64,000 nucleotides of DNA from Blepharisma stoltei ATCC 30299 (lineage: Eukaryota > Protista > Ciliophora). The notes under the pieces were generated by a model that saw nothing but the letters and a program-made list of their open reading frames with translations, was not told where the DNA came from and ran no database searches. Positions 22,850 to 34,985 of the stretch are shown here, piece after piece. The DNA lies in assembly GCA_965603825.1 (NCBI GenBank), contig CBFDEM010000017.1:62001-126000 (forward strand), written 5' to 3'. Positions within the stretch are counted from its first letter, which is position 1; each line of letters begins with the position of its first letter. A program made the translations under genes and the position numbers.

Positions 22850-24655
22850 ATGAGCTCACGAACCCGTCGCATATCGCAAGATTCACAAGAAAACCAAATC
22901 ATTGAAGAGAGAATTGTCAAGGTCAACGGAGACGTCGCAATTAAGTCTTACACCAAAGGCAGATTCCTCGGGAAAGGGGGGTTTGCCAAGGTGTACGAAT
23001 TTTTGTCCCTGGACACTAAACAAGTTTTCGCAGCCAAAGTCATCCCTAAGGCTTCTCTTTCTAAAGCAAGGGCAAGGCAAAAGTTGATGAGCGAAATTAA
23101 AATCCACCGGTCTTTGCACCATACCAATATAGTTCGTTTCGAGCATTTTTTTGAGGACGACGAAAACGTTTATATACTGCTCGAGCTCTGTGCCAACCAG
23201 ACTCTTAATGAGCTGATGCGCAGAAGGAAGCGGCTGACAGAAATTGAAGCCCAGTGCTACCTGTCGCAAACAATTTCTGCATTAAAGTACTTGCATGAAC
23301 ATAGAGTAATTCATAGGGATATCAAGCTGGGAAATTTGTTTTTGACTGACAAAATGGAGCTGAAATTAGGGGATTTTGGCTTGGCGACCAAGCTGGAGTT
23401 TGATGGGGAGAGGAAAAGGACGATCTGTGGGACGCCGAATTATATCGCCCCAGAGGTGCTGGATGGAAAGCAAGGCCACAGCTATGAAGTCGATGTATGG
23501 AGCCTTGGAGTGCTTGCATATACTTTATTAGTAGGAAAGCCGCCTTTTGAGACGTCAGATGTGAAGACTACTTATAGAAGAATAAAGATGAATGCCTACG
23601 CATTCCCTGACCATGTCTCAGTATCTGATGAGGCAAAATCATTGATTTCGATGATGCTTACTAATGACCCTGCTATGAGGCCAACACTAGACCAGGTGCT
23701 GGAGCAATCCTTTTTTACGAAAAACGTAATTCCTAAATTAATGCAAGCTGGGACATTGGCTATTCCACCTTCGTCAAGCTATATAAAGCAATTCGAGCTC
23801 CCAACCCAAGCTATCAGAGGCCGCCCAGAATCTGCAAAAATGCAGTCTAAAACAGCGAGGTCTTCATCATTAACTCCGACAGACAATGAAAATGGCAAGA
23901 CAACCACAAGGGAAGGGACTGCAACTGCTCGTGGAGGGTCAAGAGGCAGCTCTCGTGAAAGGACTCCGGAGCTGGGAGCAAGTGGGAATACGGCAAGGAA
24001 AACAGCTTGCTATTCTTCTTACATTCCGCCTGATAATGGAGAAGGTCCTCAAGTTTGGGTAAAAAGCTGGGTTGACTACTCAAGCAAATATGGTTTAGGA
24101 TATTTATTTTCAAATTCCTGTGTGGGAGTCTTCTTTAACGACTCCACTAAAATAATTGCAGACCCAGCTGGCTCCTTTTTCCAGTATATCCATAGAACAG
24201 GCCGCTCAAGAGATGAAGAAATTACGACGTACACCCTCGATACTTTTCCAGACGAGCTAAAAAAGAAAGTTACATTACTGCAGCATTTCAGAAAGCATTT
24301 ATCTAAGGATGAGCCTTCTACAAAGCTGGATATGACTCAGCCTTTGATTTATGTCAAAAAATGACTCACGACAGCCCATGCTATTTTGTTCAGGTTAAGC
24401 AATAAAGTAGTCCAGGTAAATTTCCAGGACAAGACAGAACTAATATTGTGCAGCGAAAGCAAAGTGGTGACTTATATGAACAAGCTAGGAGAAAGAAGCG
24501 TGTATCCTTTAAATACAGCAATGGAAAGCGGAAATAACGAGATGACAAAGAGACTGAGATACACGAAAGAAGTTCTGACAAACATGCTACAGCCTCAGCA
24601 GAGCGCTGGAACTGGAGAATACAGGCCTCCAATCACTGACCGTGAGATAATATAA
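22850..24655 (+). CDS. PLK1: Polo-like kinase, 601 aa
   Basis: GKGGFAKV, HRDIKLGN, DFGLA, TICGTPNYIAPE; polo box 1 WVDYSSKYGLGY; polo box 2 YVKKW(TGA 24362)LTT...FRLSNKVVQVNF. Confidence 0.95.
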
Positions 24656-24675
24656 TAAAACTTTAGTAAATAATT

Positions 24676-25695
24676 ATGGTAGCCCCCAAATCTGTAAAGA
24701 TGCGGTCTAAAACAAAGAGGTCTTCTTCACTACCTTCAACAATCAGCCTTTGTAAAAGGACTCCGAAGCTGGGAGCAAGGGGAAATCTGGCAAGGAAAGC
24801 AGCTTGCTATTCTTCTTACATTCCGCCTGATAATGGAGAAGGACCACAAGTTTGGATTAAAAGCTGGGTTGACTACTCAAGCAAATACGGTTTAGGATAT
24901 TTATTTTCAAATTCCTGTGTGGGAGTCTTCTTTAACGACTCCACCAAGATAATTGCAGACCCAGCTGGCTCCTTTTTTCAGTATATCCCTAGAGCAGGCC
25001 GTTCAAGAGACGAAGAAATTACGACGTACACCTTCGAAACTTTTCCAGACGAGTTAAAAAAGAAAGTCACATTACTGCAGCATTTCAGAAAGCGTTTATC
25101 TAAGGATGAGCCTTCTGCAAAGCTTGATATGACTCAGCAATTTACAAAGCTTGATATGACTCAGCCTTTGATTTATGTCCAAAAATGGCGCACGACACCC
25201 TATGCTATTTTATTCAAGTTAAGCAATAATTTAGTCCAGGTAAATTTCCAAGACAAGACAGAACTAATATTGTGCAGCAATAGTATGTTGGTGATTTATA
25301 TGAACAAGCTGGGAGAAAGAAGTGTGTATCCTTTAAATACAGCTATGGATAGTGAAAATAAGGAGATGACAAAGAGACTAATATACACGAAAAAAGTTCT
25401 GAGAAGTATGCTGCAGCCTCGCAGACGGCTGGAACTGGAGAATGCACTCCTCAATTACTGAACGCGAGATAATATAATAGAAAATCTAGTAAATAATTAT
25501 GGAACCCCCCGAATCGGCAAAAATGGAGACTGAATCAGCGAAATCTCCTTTATTATCTCGGACAGACAATGAAAACTGCAAAACAGCAATAACGGAAGTG
25601 ACTGCTGCAACTGCTCGTGGAGGGTCAAGAGACAGCTCTTGTGAAGGGACTCCGGAGCTGGGAGCTTACTATTCTTCTTATATTCCGCCTGATAA
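24676..25695 (+). CDS. Kinase-less, polo-box-only PLK duplicate (ends 25461 if TGA stops, 25695 if TGA=Trp)
   Basis: Both polo boxes are intact in one frame. Internal 27-bp duplication (KLDMTQQFT-KLDMTQP). A frameshift after polo box 2 removes the parental TAA. Confidence 0.6.
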
Positions 25696-26280
25696 TGGAG
25701 AAGGACCTCAAATTTGGGTAAAAAGCTGGGTTGATTACTCAAGCAAATATGGTTTAGGATATTTATTTTCAAATTCCTGTGTAGGAGTCTTCTTTAACGA
25801 CTCCACTAAAATAATGCAGATCCAGCTGGCTCCTTTTTCCAATATATCCCTAAAACAGGCCGCTCAAGAGACCTAGAAATTACGACGTACACCCTCGAAA
25901 CTTTTCCAGACAAGATAAAAAAGAAAGTTACATTACTGCAGCATTTCAAAAACTATTTATCTAAGGATGAGCCTTAAACAAAGTTTGATATGACTCAGCC
26001 TTTGATTTATGTCAAAAATTGGTTCACGACAGACCATGCTATTTTGTTCAGGTTAAGCAATAATTTAGTCCAGGTAAATTTCCAGGACAAGACAGAACTA
26101 ATAGTGTGCTGCAAAAGCATGCTGATGATTTATATGAACGAGCTGGGAGAAAGAAGCGTTTATCCTTTAAATGCAGCTATGGATAGCGAAAATAATGAGA
26201 TGACAAAGAAGCTAATATGCACGAAAGAAGTTCTGAGAAGCATGCTAAAGCCTAAGCGGAACGACGGAACTGGAGAATAA
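25499..26280 (+). pseudogene. Second polo-box-only PLK duplicate, disrupted
   Basis: 1-nt deletion near 25815 (ATAATGCAG vs ATAATTGCAG) gives TAG at 25874; TAA at 25975-25977 in the polo-box frame. Confidence 0.8.
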
Positions 26281-26335
26281 AGGCTTCCAATCACTGACCG
26301 TGAAGATAATATAATAGAAACTTTAGTAAATAATT

Positions 26336-26830
26336 ATGGAACTCACACCTGCAGAACTTAAAGATCAAGGAAACAGGCTTTTTAAGGAGGGTCACTACCC
26401 TGAAGCTATAGAAAGCTATAGGCTAGCTATTGAAAATGCAGATGACGATCTAAAAGCCATTTGCTTCGGAAATATCAGTTCCTGCTATTACCGATTAGGC
26501 GAGCTTACTATGGCAGTGGACTATGCTGACAGAGCCTTAGAGCTGAAGTCTGATTATCAAAAGGTAAGGGAACGGAAAATCACAATTCTTCTGCAAGAAA
26601 ATAAGCCAAAAGAAGCTAAAGAAGAAATGGAAAAAGGCGAAATCAGCGAGGATCTTAAAATAGAAGTCGAAAAAGCGGAAAAAGAGTCCTTTGAAAAGGA
26701 AAAAGAAGAAATGATGGGAAAATTGAAGGACTTGGGGAATACTGTGCTAGGGAAATTTGGGTTAAGTTTGGATAACTTCAAGGTACAAAAGCAAGATAAT
26801 GGAGGGTATAGCATCAACTTCAATAGATAA
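26336..26830 (+). CDS. TTC1: TTC1-like TPR protein, 164 aa
   Basis: [18 protein letters not shown] and C-terminal [23 protein letters not shown]...GGYSINF. Confidence 0.8.
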   Translation: MELTPAELKDQGNRLFKEGHYPEAIESYRLAIENADDDLKAICFGNISSCYYRLGELTMAVDYADRALELKSDYQKVRERKITILLQENKPKEAKEEMEKGEISEDLKIEVEKAEKESFEKEKEEMMGKLKDLGNTVLGKFGLSLDNFKVQKQDNGGYSINFNR

Positions 26831-26873
26831 TGCATATATAAAATAAAAATTCCAGAATTTTCATCATAATAAT

Positions 26874-27158
26874 ATGAGTGGAAATCCAGATCATGAAGTA
26901 GAGGATACTATGAATAGGATAAATAAAATATTTTTTGGCTACTCATGCTTCTCGTTAGGTGCAAGCTATTTTATTAACTCAGTCTGAAAGACTTATCCAA
27001 TTCAAAAAGCATTAATTCTTATTCCATCTTCGCTGGCTTTTTCAGCATTTCTTACTTGGCTACATATTCACAAATCTTTTACATCTAAAGAAAAAGCTAT
27101 ACTATCAGAGGAGATTGAGAAGAAATATAATCAGTTTAATAAATCTAATAAAAAATAA
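26874..27158 (+). CDS. Small two-TM hypothetical protein, 94 aa
   Basis: Missed by the track because of an internal TGA: MSGNPDHEVED...INSVWKTYPIQKALILIPSSLAFSAFLTW...TAA. Confidence 0.55.
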
Positions 27159-28303
27159 CGAAATTCTCAAATATTCAGTGATGTATCTGAAAGTGTTTCT
27201 AATGAAGCTATTACTAATGGGAAAAAGATAAATAAGATAATGAAGTTTTGAAAAGTAAAATAGAAATCTGTAGCCTTACTAAAATGAATTTGGTCAATTT
27301 GGTCAGGATTTTGTCAGAAGATATAGAAAGAAAAAAGTGAAAAGTAAGCCGAATCTCTTTCAAGATACTTTTAGATGAAGGTGGATGAAGAGAGAAAAAC
27401 TCAAAATGAGGCCAAGCGCAACCTCAGGCAGCATCTCATTATGGTAAGGAAATCCTGAAAAATCCAATTGAAGAATTTTTTGTGATTGTGAAAATAAATA
27501 TCTTGAAATAAAGCAGAAAATTGCTCTAAAATTAAAGGCGAACAAGAAATAGCAAAAGAGGAAAAAATAATTGAAAATGCAAATAAGAGAGGCGATAGGA
27601 GTCTTTTAGAAGCAACTGAGCAGAGCATTTATTTAAATCAATTTTTTTCAGATAAATGAAGAATATAGATATTGAAAGAGCATCGACTAGTTTGCTTTGA
27701 ATTATTTCCCTCGCAATTATTGAAATATATTGAGATTCGAATTTTTCTAGGTCTCCAAATTTATAAATTTCAGGAGGTTGGCTTGATACATTTTAATTTA
27801 AATAACAAAAATGGGTAACACTTAAAGAAGGGAAAACAAAATAATAAAGCAAAAAATGTAAAATTCTCAACATTTGCAAATAATGCAATTTCAAATAGGA
27901 TCATGATAGCAAATCATGCAGCAATAAAAATTATTAACAATAGACATAGTATAATAAACTTAAAGTTTATTATACAATAAAACGACCAATGATACTGTTT
28001 AGCAGCATCAAAGTAAGTGCAATATTTTTTCTTACATCTTTAAATGATTAGCCTAGCCAATTCCATTATTTTGAAAATTTCAAATTAGCTTAGAAATGAT
28101 TCAAACACCTCAGATTCATTCTTTTAAATTAGTGCTGTATGCTCATTCTATTATATTCCAGAAACCAAAAAGTGTTAATGCCACTTCTAATTTTTATTCG
28201 TTTCTCTTTAAAAGTCCATTAGTGGCACATAAAATTTATCGTTAAAAACAAACATAAAAGAAATCAGTAATAAGATTAGAAATCTAATAATAGGAAAAAA
28301 TAA

Positions 28304-30763
28304 ATGCTTCACAATTTCGGTGGTGGTGAAGAACAAGCATTAACTGCAAGAAGCCAAGGAGCTTTTTCTTCGATAACAAGAGACAGCAAATATAGAGGAA
28401 AATACAAAAGTGTGAATCCACGGAGCAGAACTTTGCAGGAAAAATTGGAAAGTGAACTGTATAAATTAAACGGCTGCACCGATTTCTCATTTGCCCCTAC
28501 ACTTTGTGAGAAGAGTGTAAAAATCCACACTTCCAACATGAGATCCCAAACAGTGGATAGATTTGTGCAGAAAGAACACAAAAATAAAAAGCAATTCAAA
28601 GTAAAAAGCTGAATTTTTCAGCCGACTATTGGAACATTAAGACAGAGGCAGTCAATGTTTATACAAAAATCTCTTCCGATGAGCGTGGATGTGAGAATAA
28701 ATGAAAATGAGATGGGGAGATCTGTAAAAAAATTCGAAATCACCAAAAGTTTTTCTGTTGATAAAAGCTTGGTTTCTAAAGATGAAAGCGATTTTTTAAG
28801 TCGAAGCTTAGATGACGTTAGTAAAGAACTTGGCAGGCGTCCCAACGAAATTGTTGATTTCGATAAGGCAAATGGAAAAATCCAAGAGAAAATTGAAGAA
28901 GAGAAAGAGGCTGAGGTAGAAGTTGAAAAGAAACCAAATGAAATTATTGAAAATCATATCAATAGAGCTCAAGAAGAAAAAGTTGAGTTAGAGAAAATTG
29001 AAGAAAAGGTAGAAACAAAAGAAAAAGAAGAAAATAAGAAGGAAGAAAGCAAAAAAATAGTAGAAGAAGTCAAAGAGGACGGCCAAGTGCTGAAATCAAA
29101 AAGTCTATCGAAAATAAGTTTTTCTGCGAAAGATAAAAAGCTAAAAGACACAAGGACAGTTCAAAAGTCGAAAACCATTGCTATGAAAGCAGATAATAAG
29201 CTAAAGAAAGCAGCAAAAGATGAGCTAAAAGTAAATAAAGAGGAGACCAAGCCAGCAGAGGTACCTCAAATTCCACCTGAAATAGCACCTGCAGATGCAA
29301 AAGTTCAAGAGAAGAAAGTTGACTTCAAAATTGCTGATACGGAGCCAAAAGCTGAAGATAAGCAGCCAAAAGGAAAAGCTGCACCTGAACTGAGAGAAAT
29401 AAAAGAAGATCTAAAAGAGGAGAAGCCTCATGAAGAAAACGAAGCAGATAAAACAGCTGAAAGCAAAACAAAACGTTCCCCAAAGAAAATTGCTAAGTCA
29501 AAGACTGTTAAGCCAAGATCAGGAAGCATAAAATCTTCCAAAGAAGGGCAAAGCTCAGAATCCACTCCAAAGAATGATATAGAAGAATCCAAAATCGGCA
29601 AAAAAGTTGGGATAAAAATCCAAAATATTGGAGAATATGAAAAATTGGGAAAGTCTCAAAGTCTTAGCAATATATCAGATCTTACAACTGGTAGGACTTC
29701 TATCCCTGAAAAGCAGGCTGAGCCTAATAATGAAATTGTGAAAAACAAGGAAGAACTCCACGCAAATACTGATGAGATAATAATGGTTAAAAGCTTGGAT
29801 TTGATAAGAGCTCAATCAGAAAGTGCAGAAATTAAACAAGAAAAGGAATCTACTTTAAAAAAAACACTAAATACAGCTACAGAAGAAAAGAAAAAAACTC
29901 GAGGTGAAGCAAAGCATAGCTCCTTGGTAAGCACGCAAAAAACTACAAAAACAATTAAAAAATCAAAATCTAATGAAAAAATTACTACTAAAAAAGAAAT
30001 AAATGCTGAAGCAGAGCAAAACCCTGAACCAAAAGTTGAGGAGAAAAAAGAAGAATTAATAGCTACTGTAAAGCAAGAGCCAGTTGCTACAAAAGAAGAG
30101 GTCAAGATTGAAGCTGCTCCAATAAACCCTGAAGAAGAAAAACAAGATAAGCCAGCCCCTAAAAAGAAGCGGAAATCCAATTCTTCTTCAACGATCGAAG
30201 AGCAGCCCAAAGAAGAGCAAAAATCTAAAAAAACTCCAAAACTTAAACATAAAACAGTCCCAAAATCTCCTGAGCCAGAGTCTGCCAAAGAAGAAAAAAA
30301 TGAGGCCACTTCTTTAAAAAGCAAAGACGACACAAAAGTTCTTCCAAAAGAAGAGAAAAAAACTAATCATAAAAAAGGAAAAAGTATTGGGCAGCCTATC
30401 GCAGAAGAGAAAAAAATTGAAACTCCACAAGAGGTCCCTAAGAAAATTGAAGAAGAAAAAACGACTCCTTGGAGCCAGCAAGTAGATGAGGGAAATGGAG
30501 AAACTGTTGAAGAAGAAACCAAACTAGTCAAACAAAAATCAACTAAAAAAATCGAAGAAACTAAAGCAAAAGCCCCAAATAAGGCTGCTGGGAAAAAATT
30601 GAATGTTAAAGCTACAGTAAAAGGGGTTACTAAAATTATCCATTTCAGCAGCACTGACTCTGCAGAAGATGTTGTGAAAGAGTTCACCGAAAAAAACGAG
30701 CTCAGCAAAAAGGACAGGGAAAATCTTTTGAAAGATATTACCCAACAGTTGAAGAAGAAATAA
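28304..30763 (+). CDS. Lys/Glu-rich low-complexity protein, about 819 aa
   Basis: ORFs 28304-28612 and 28655-30763 join across TGA. CTDFSFAPTL and WIFQPTI motifs near the N-terminus. Confidence 0.78.
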
Positions 30764-30969
30764 TTTAAAAGTATTTTAAAATAACCAGCCATTATGCGCA
30801 GATTGTCCTTTCTCTAAAAGTATCTATAAAAACCTTTTTATCCAATTCTTCCCCCAAGCTCCCTAAATTTCTGTTTTTGATTAAAATTTTCTTTATTGAC
30901 TTAATAGTGGTAATCTTGATTAATTGTTCACACTTTTTTCTGTAATAATTATAATTGAAATAATCAACA

Positions 30970-32446
30970 ATGAAGATGTAAATTTTAACTCAGCTCATAT
31001 TTCTATTGTTTAGCTGTCACAGCCTCTTTATCTTCGTTCTTATTTGGTAGATTTTATTAAGGCTACCATGCAGGAATTCTCAACCCTTTTTTAGCAAGAC
31101 TTCATCATGACAGTCCAAACAAATTTCTCTTCCAAATATGAATGCCATTTGGAGCTATTTTTGGCTGCTTTTTGGGAGCTTGAATAAGCGGCTCTTTTGG
31201 AAGATTAAAGGCTTTTCTATGTAGCGATATCCTTAATATTATTGGTTCAGGAATTGTATGATATAAATAGTGCACCGTTAGTATCATTTTCTGAATAGGT
31301 AATGGCAAATTTCCCAGCTATAGAGATGATGCCAACTACTTTACACCTCTATTTGACATTGGCCACTTCATATGTGGCCTCAACTCAGGAATTTCAAGTT
31401 TTTTAGTTCCCCTTTACAGTATTTTCTATTTAGTCAGAGAGCTAACCCCTATAGAAACCTATAACAGTTTAGCAGCCATGAACCAAGTTATGATCACTCT
31501 AGGCATTTTAATTTCTTACTGTCTAGGAACTTTAGCCTGCCAAACCCACTCAGCCTTTACAAATGCCCTAGCTTTTTCATTCCCAATTGCTATATCTCTC
31601 CTACACCTATTTTTAATGTACTGAAAATTTGATAACGAAACTCCGACTTATCTGTGAATGTCTAACCGTCGCCAAGACGCTATAGCATTAATGAGTTGGC
31701 TTTATTATAATCAAGACTTAAAAGATTCCTTTGGGAATATTATTGACCCGAACCCTGATCAGGAAAACAAAGTAGTCAGTTATAAAGACTTATTTACAAT
31801 GGAAACCCATAAGCGTGGGCTAAAACTTGGCTGCACAGTAGCGATTTTGCAGCAGTTTACAGGAATTAATATGATTATATACCATTCGACAGCTTTGATG
31901 GAAAAATCAGACTCAAGCCAAAGCTCGCGTGACTATTTTACTATTCTTTTTGGGATTATTAATTGAAGTTCAGCCTTTCTGATAGTGTATTTCCTTTATC
32001 ACAAAGGCAAAAAACAGATGCTAGAGATTGGAGCAGTGGGGATGGGCTGCTGCTATATTATTCTGCTCATTTTAGAGCCGATCAGCATTTATGAAGATAA
32101 CCAAGTCTTAATTGGAACGAAAATAGCAATAATTGCTGTTTTCATGTTTTTCTTTGAAATTTCAATAGGCCCGATTATGTGGCTTTATAATGCTGATATT
32201 TTGTGTGACAAAGGGATTGCAATCACTAGTGCAGTCACATGGACACTTACTACGTTTGTTGTCGCTTTGGTAGGTTTCGACAGTTTTTTTGAAGCATCAA
32301 ACTGATGGTGGGAGTTTTTGTACGCGTTTTTCTTATTTTTCTGTGGGGTGGTAAGATTTATTTAGCTATTCTTCTTTTCTAGGGCATATGTAGTAGAAAG
32401 GACCCAGCTAAACGAGAAAGCTGACGAAAAAGACACGACTTCATAA
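30970..32446 (+). CDS. MFS sugar-porter family transporter with five tiny introns
   Basis: Spliced product with TGA=Trp: SSFLFGYHAGILN, FGRLKAF, VPLYIRELTP, ETPTYL, LQQFTGINMI, KGKKQML, FEISIGPIMWLYNADI. Confidence 0.88.
30978..30993 (+). other. 16-nt intron GTAAATTTTAACTCAG
   Basis: Links ATG 30970 to the transporter frame (MKISYFYCL). Confidence 0.75.
31047..31061 (+). other. 15-nt intron GTAGATTTTATTAAG
   Basis: Removal gives FGYHAG; contains an in-frame TAA. Confidence 0.88.
31256..31270 (+). other. 15-nt intron GTATGATATAAATAG
   Basis: Phase 0 with in-frame TAG; A at position 10. Confidence 0.85.
31419..31433 (+). other. 15-nt intron GTATTTTCTATTTAG (stop-free)
   Basis: Removal restores the sugar-porter PLYIRE motif; matches the intron consensus. 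Confidence 0.78.
32351..32365 (+). other. 15-nt intron GTAAGATTTATTTAG
   Basis: Phase 0 with in-frame TAG; removal completes the last TM helix. Confidence 0.8.
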
Positions 32447-32496
32447 TATTAATATCAGCCATTTTAACATAATTTCCTTACGTTAAAATTTGAATA

Positions 32497-34272
32497 ATGT
32501 CAAATGTCCTTGAGTTTCAATTGCTTAAAGCAGAAGGACCATGGAATACAGAGACACTGGGGTGCTATATTTCAGTAGAAAACAGACTTTTAGATGTTAT
32601 CACGCCGATAAACCTCGGTAACGAAAATATTGTGGATTTACCTGTCACTGGGACTGTAAGATTATCAATCAAAGAAATGAGCAACGATGACAGCTGCTAC
32701 GGCAGTGTCAGTTTTTCAGTGGAAAAGGTGCCTTATAATACCACAATTTGACTCCCAATATTTACTAATAAGTCTGAAGACTTTTTAAGCGAAGTTCCGG
32801 AATCAACAAAAAGCCCAAGATTATTAATATCAGTAGACAGCGTCATCAAAGAGAATTTAGAGTCAACGATGCCAAGAATTTCTCTCTGTGATAAAAATGC
32901 GTCTTATGACGAGTACAATGAAGATCTAGACGCGTCCATTACTTCAAGCTCAAAGTCTCCCGAAAGTCCAATCCATGATACTTTTTCTATAGACCCAGAC
33001 ACTTCAGTTACAGAAAATTCAGATAAGCTGCGGGTTTTATATAAGAAACAGATTGCGTTAACCCAGGAACTCACACATCAGCTGAACTTGTGCCAAACCC
33101 AGCTTAAGTTTGAGCAAGACAGAAGGGAGTCGCAGGATTCACGAATTATCAAAATTTCTCAAGAATTTGAAGAAGCCATGGAGACGTCTCAAACCAGAGA
33201 AAATTCTTTGCTAAAGCTATTAGAGCAAAAAGATATAGAAATTACAGAAGCTATGAATGAAATCACAAGGCTTCAAGGGGCAACTAGATCGCTGGAAGGA
33301 GAAAAGAAGCAATTAAGCGACTTCTCTACAAGGATACAAGCAGAAATTACGACAGCCAAGCTTAGCGAGCTTAAAAAAGAGCTTTTAATGACTAAAGAGA
33401 ACTTAGTTGAGTCAGAAAGGCGGAGAAAAGAACTGCAAAATATGCTGGAAAGCATAGGAAATGAATGAAACAAAAACTGTGATAAAGAAAATGAAAGCTA
33501 TAAAGAATTGCAAGGGAAAAACAAAGAATTGGAAGCAAAAATAGAAAATTTAGAAAAAATAAGTAAAGAAAAAGATGAAAAAATGAGAAGTTTTGAGAAA
33601 AATGGGGAAGAAAAAGAAAAGGAAATTGAAGAGCTGAAGGTTGGAAAAGAGAAATTAGAAGAGCATGTGAAATATTTGACTATGAAATTGGTAGCTGCAG
33701 ATGGAGAAAAACAAGCTTTAGCGAGCGGACTTTTAGAGTCCCAAAATGAGCTGCAGAAACTGCAAAGCTCTTTTCTCCATAGCTTAGTCCAAGATACCCT
33801 CCGTCGGCACAAGTTCCGTGGCACTTTGACAAAAATCCAAAATAACTTGTACTCGATTAATGGCAAAGATTTTTACCTCCAAGCTCATAATAACCAGGTC
33901 GTGGTAAAAATTGGGGTCAATCTAATAGCTCTTGAAGATTTTTTGCAATTATCAAACCCAGTTGACTATCCTATTTCGCTTGATAATGAAGACTCCTTTA
34001 ATTCCCATCATTTAATGACATTCTTTTCACCTCCTAGTTCAGATGTAAATACCCCTCGTGCTGTATATGACAGAAAAACGTCGATTTCTACTAGTGATTC
34101 TATAAAACAAAACAAAGAAAACGACCAGAAATCTCATGTGAAAATCTCTCCATTGTCTAGGTTTTTCAAGCCGACGATTTCTTCACAGAGTAAAATCCGG
34201 ACAAGTTTGGAAAAATCTCCACTTGCACAAAGGAATTCGAAATCAGCAGAAAGAAAAAGGCCTTTTAAATAA
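32497..34272 (+). CDS. Coiled-coil protein with beta-rich (C2-like) N-terminus and C-terminal GAR/GAS2-like domain, about 591 aa
   Basis: Three ORFs join across TGA 32749 and 33466. LYSINGKDFYL...VVVKIGVNLIALEDFL resembles GAR. Confidence 0.65.
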
Positions 34273-34985
34273 ATTATGTAAATTCTATTAATCTTTTATA
34301 ATTGATTTTATAGGAAAAACAATCATTTTAATTGGCAATTGTTTTGGTCCATTGTTTAAATTGAATAGAAAGCAGAATTATAGAAAATATTATTTAAATA
34401 ATTAAAAATAGCATTTTAAACTTTGGCAAAATTAAGAATATCTAGCTTATGCTATTAATGAATTAAAAGAGTTTAGTAACTTAATAAAATATTAATTTAT
34501 CTATTTTAATCATTGGTTTGGTGGAAGTCGAGCGGAGATCTTTCCTCGCTGCTCCAGAGATCAAGCCAAAGCATTCATGTCCATAATCATGTGGAAAAGT
34601 ACCGTAAAGTAGTAGAGTTTGTCATCAAGATATTCACTTTCACTTCAATTCCTTCTCTTTGAAGGCTAAGATACAACTAAATTATTAGAAAAATCAAGCT
34701 AAAAGCTCACCTTACTGCTGACCTGATATCTTAATGCTAATTGGGAATTTTTAATCACTGGAGCCTAGTTTTTGCTAGCTCAATCATGGGCGATGAATTG
34801 GTCAATTATTAAATACTTGCAATAGCTCTGGCTAAGTAAAATGACATCAAGGTAAGCCACTTATGCAATAAAATAATATTTCTCGGATAGTTTTTTATAA
34901 TATCTTTTGCTAATAGTAATAAGGGTTGAGATTAATTAATATTTAATAAAAAACTGGTTTGCTTTATTAAACAATAAAAATTTCA

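Larger units (their letters stand above)
23820..26340 (+). repeat. Tandem triplication of about 0.82-0.84 kb (PLK linker + polo boxes + spacer + ATG of the next gene)
   Basis: TAGTAAATAATTATGG occurs at about 24664, 25487 and 26324; polo-box DNA is nearly identical in three copies. Confidence 0.93.

Noticed and set aside
27160-27640. Possible gene (track ORFs 27360-27545 and 27401-27628)
   Set aside because: No coherent model with TGA=Trp and 15-16 nt introns; may be a decayed gene.
34514-34570. Hairpin TGGTTTGGT...ATCAAGCCA followed by an H-box-like AAAGCA (H/ACA snoRNA?)
   Set aside because: No convincing second hairpin or ACA box; pairing depends on several GU pairs.
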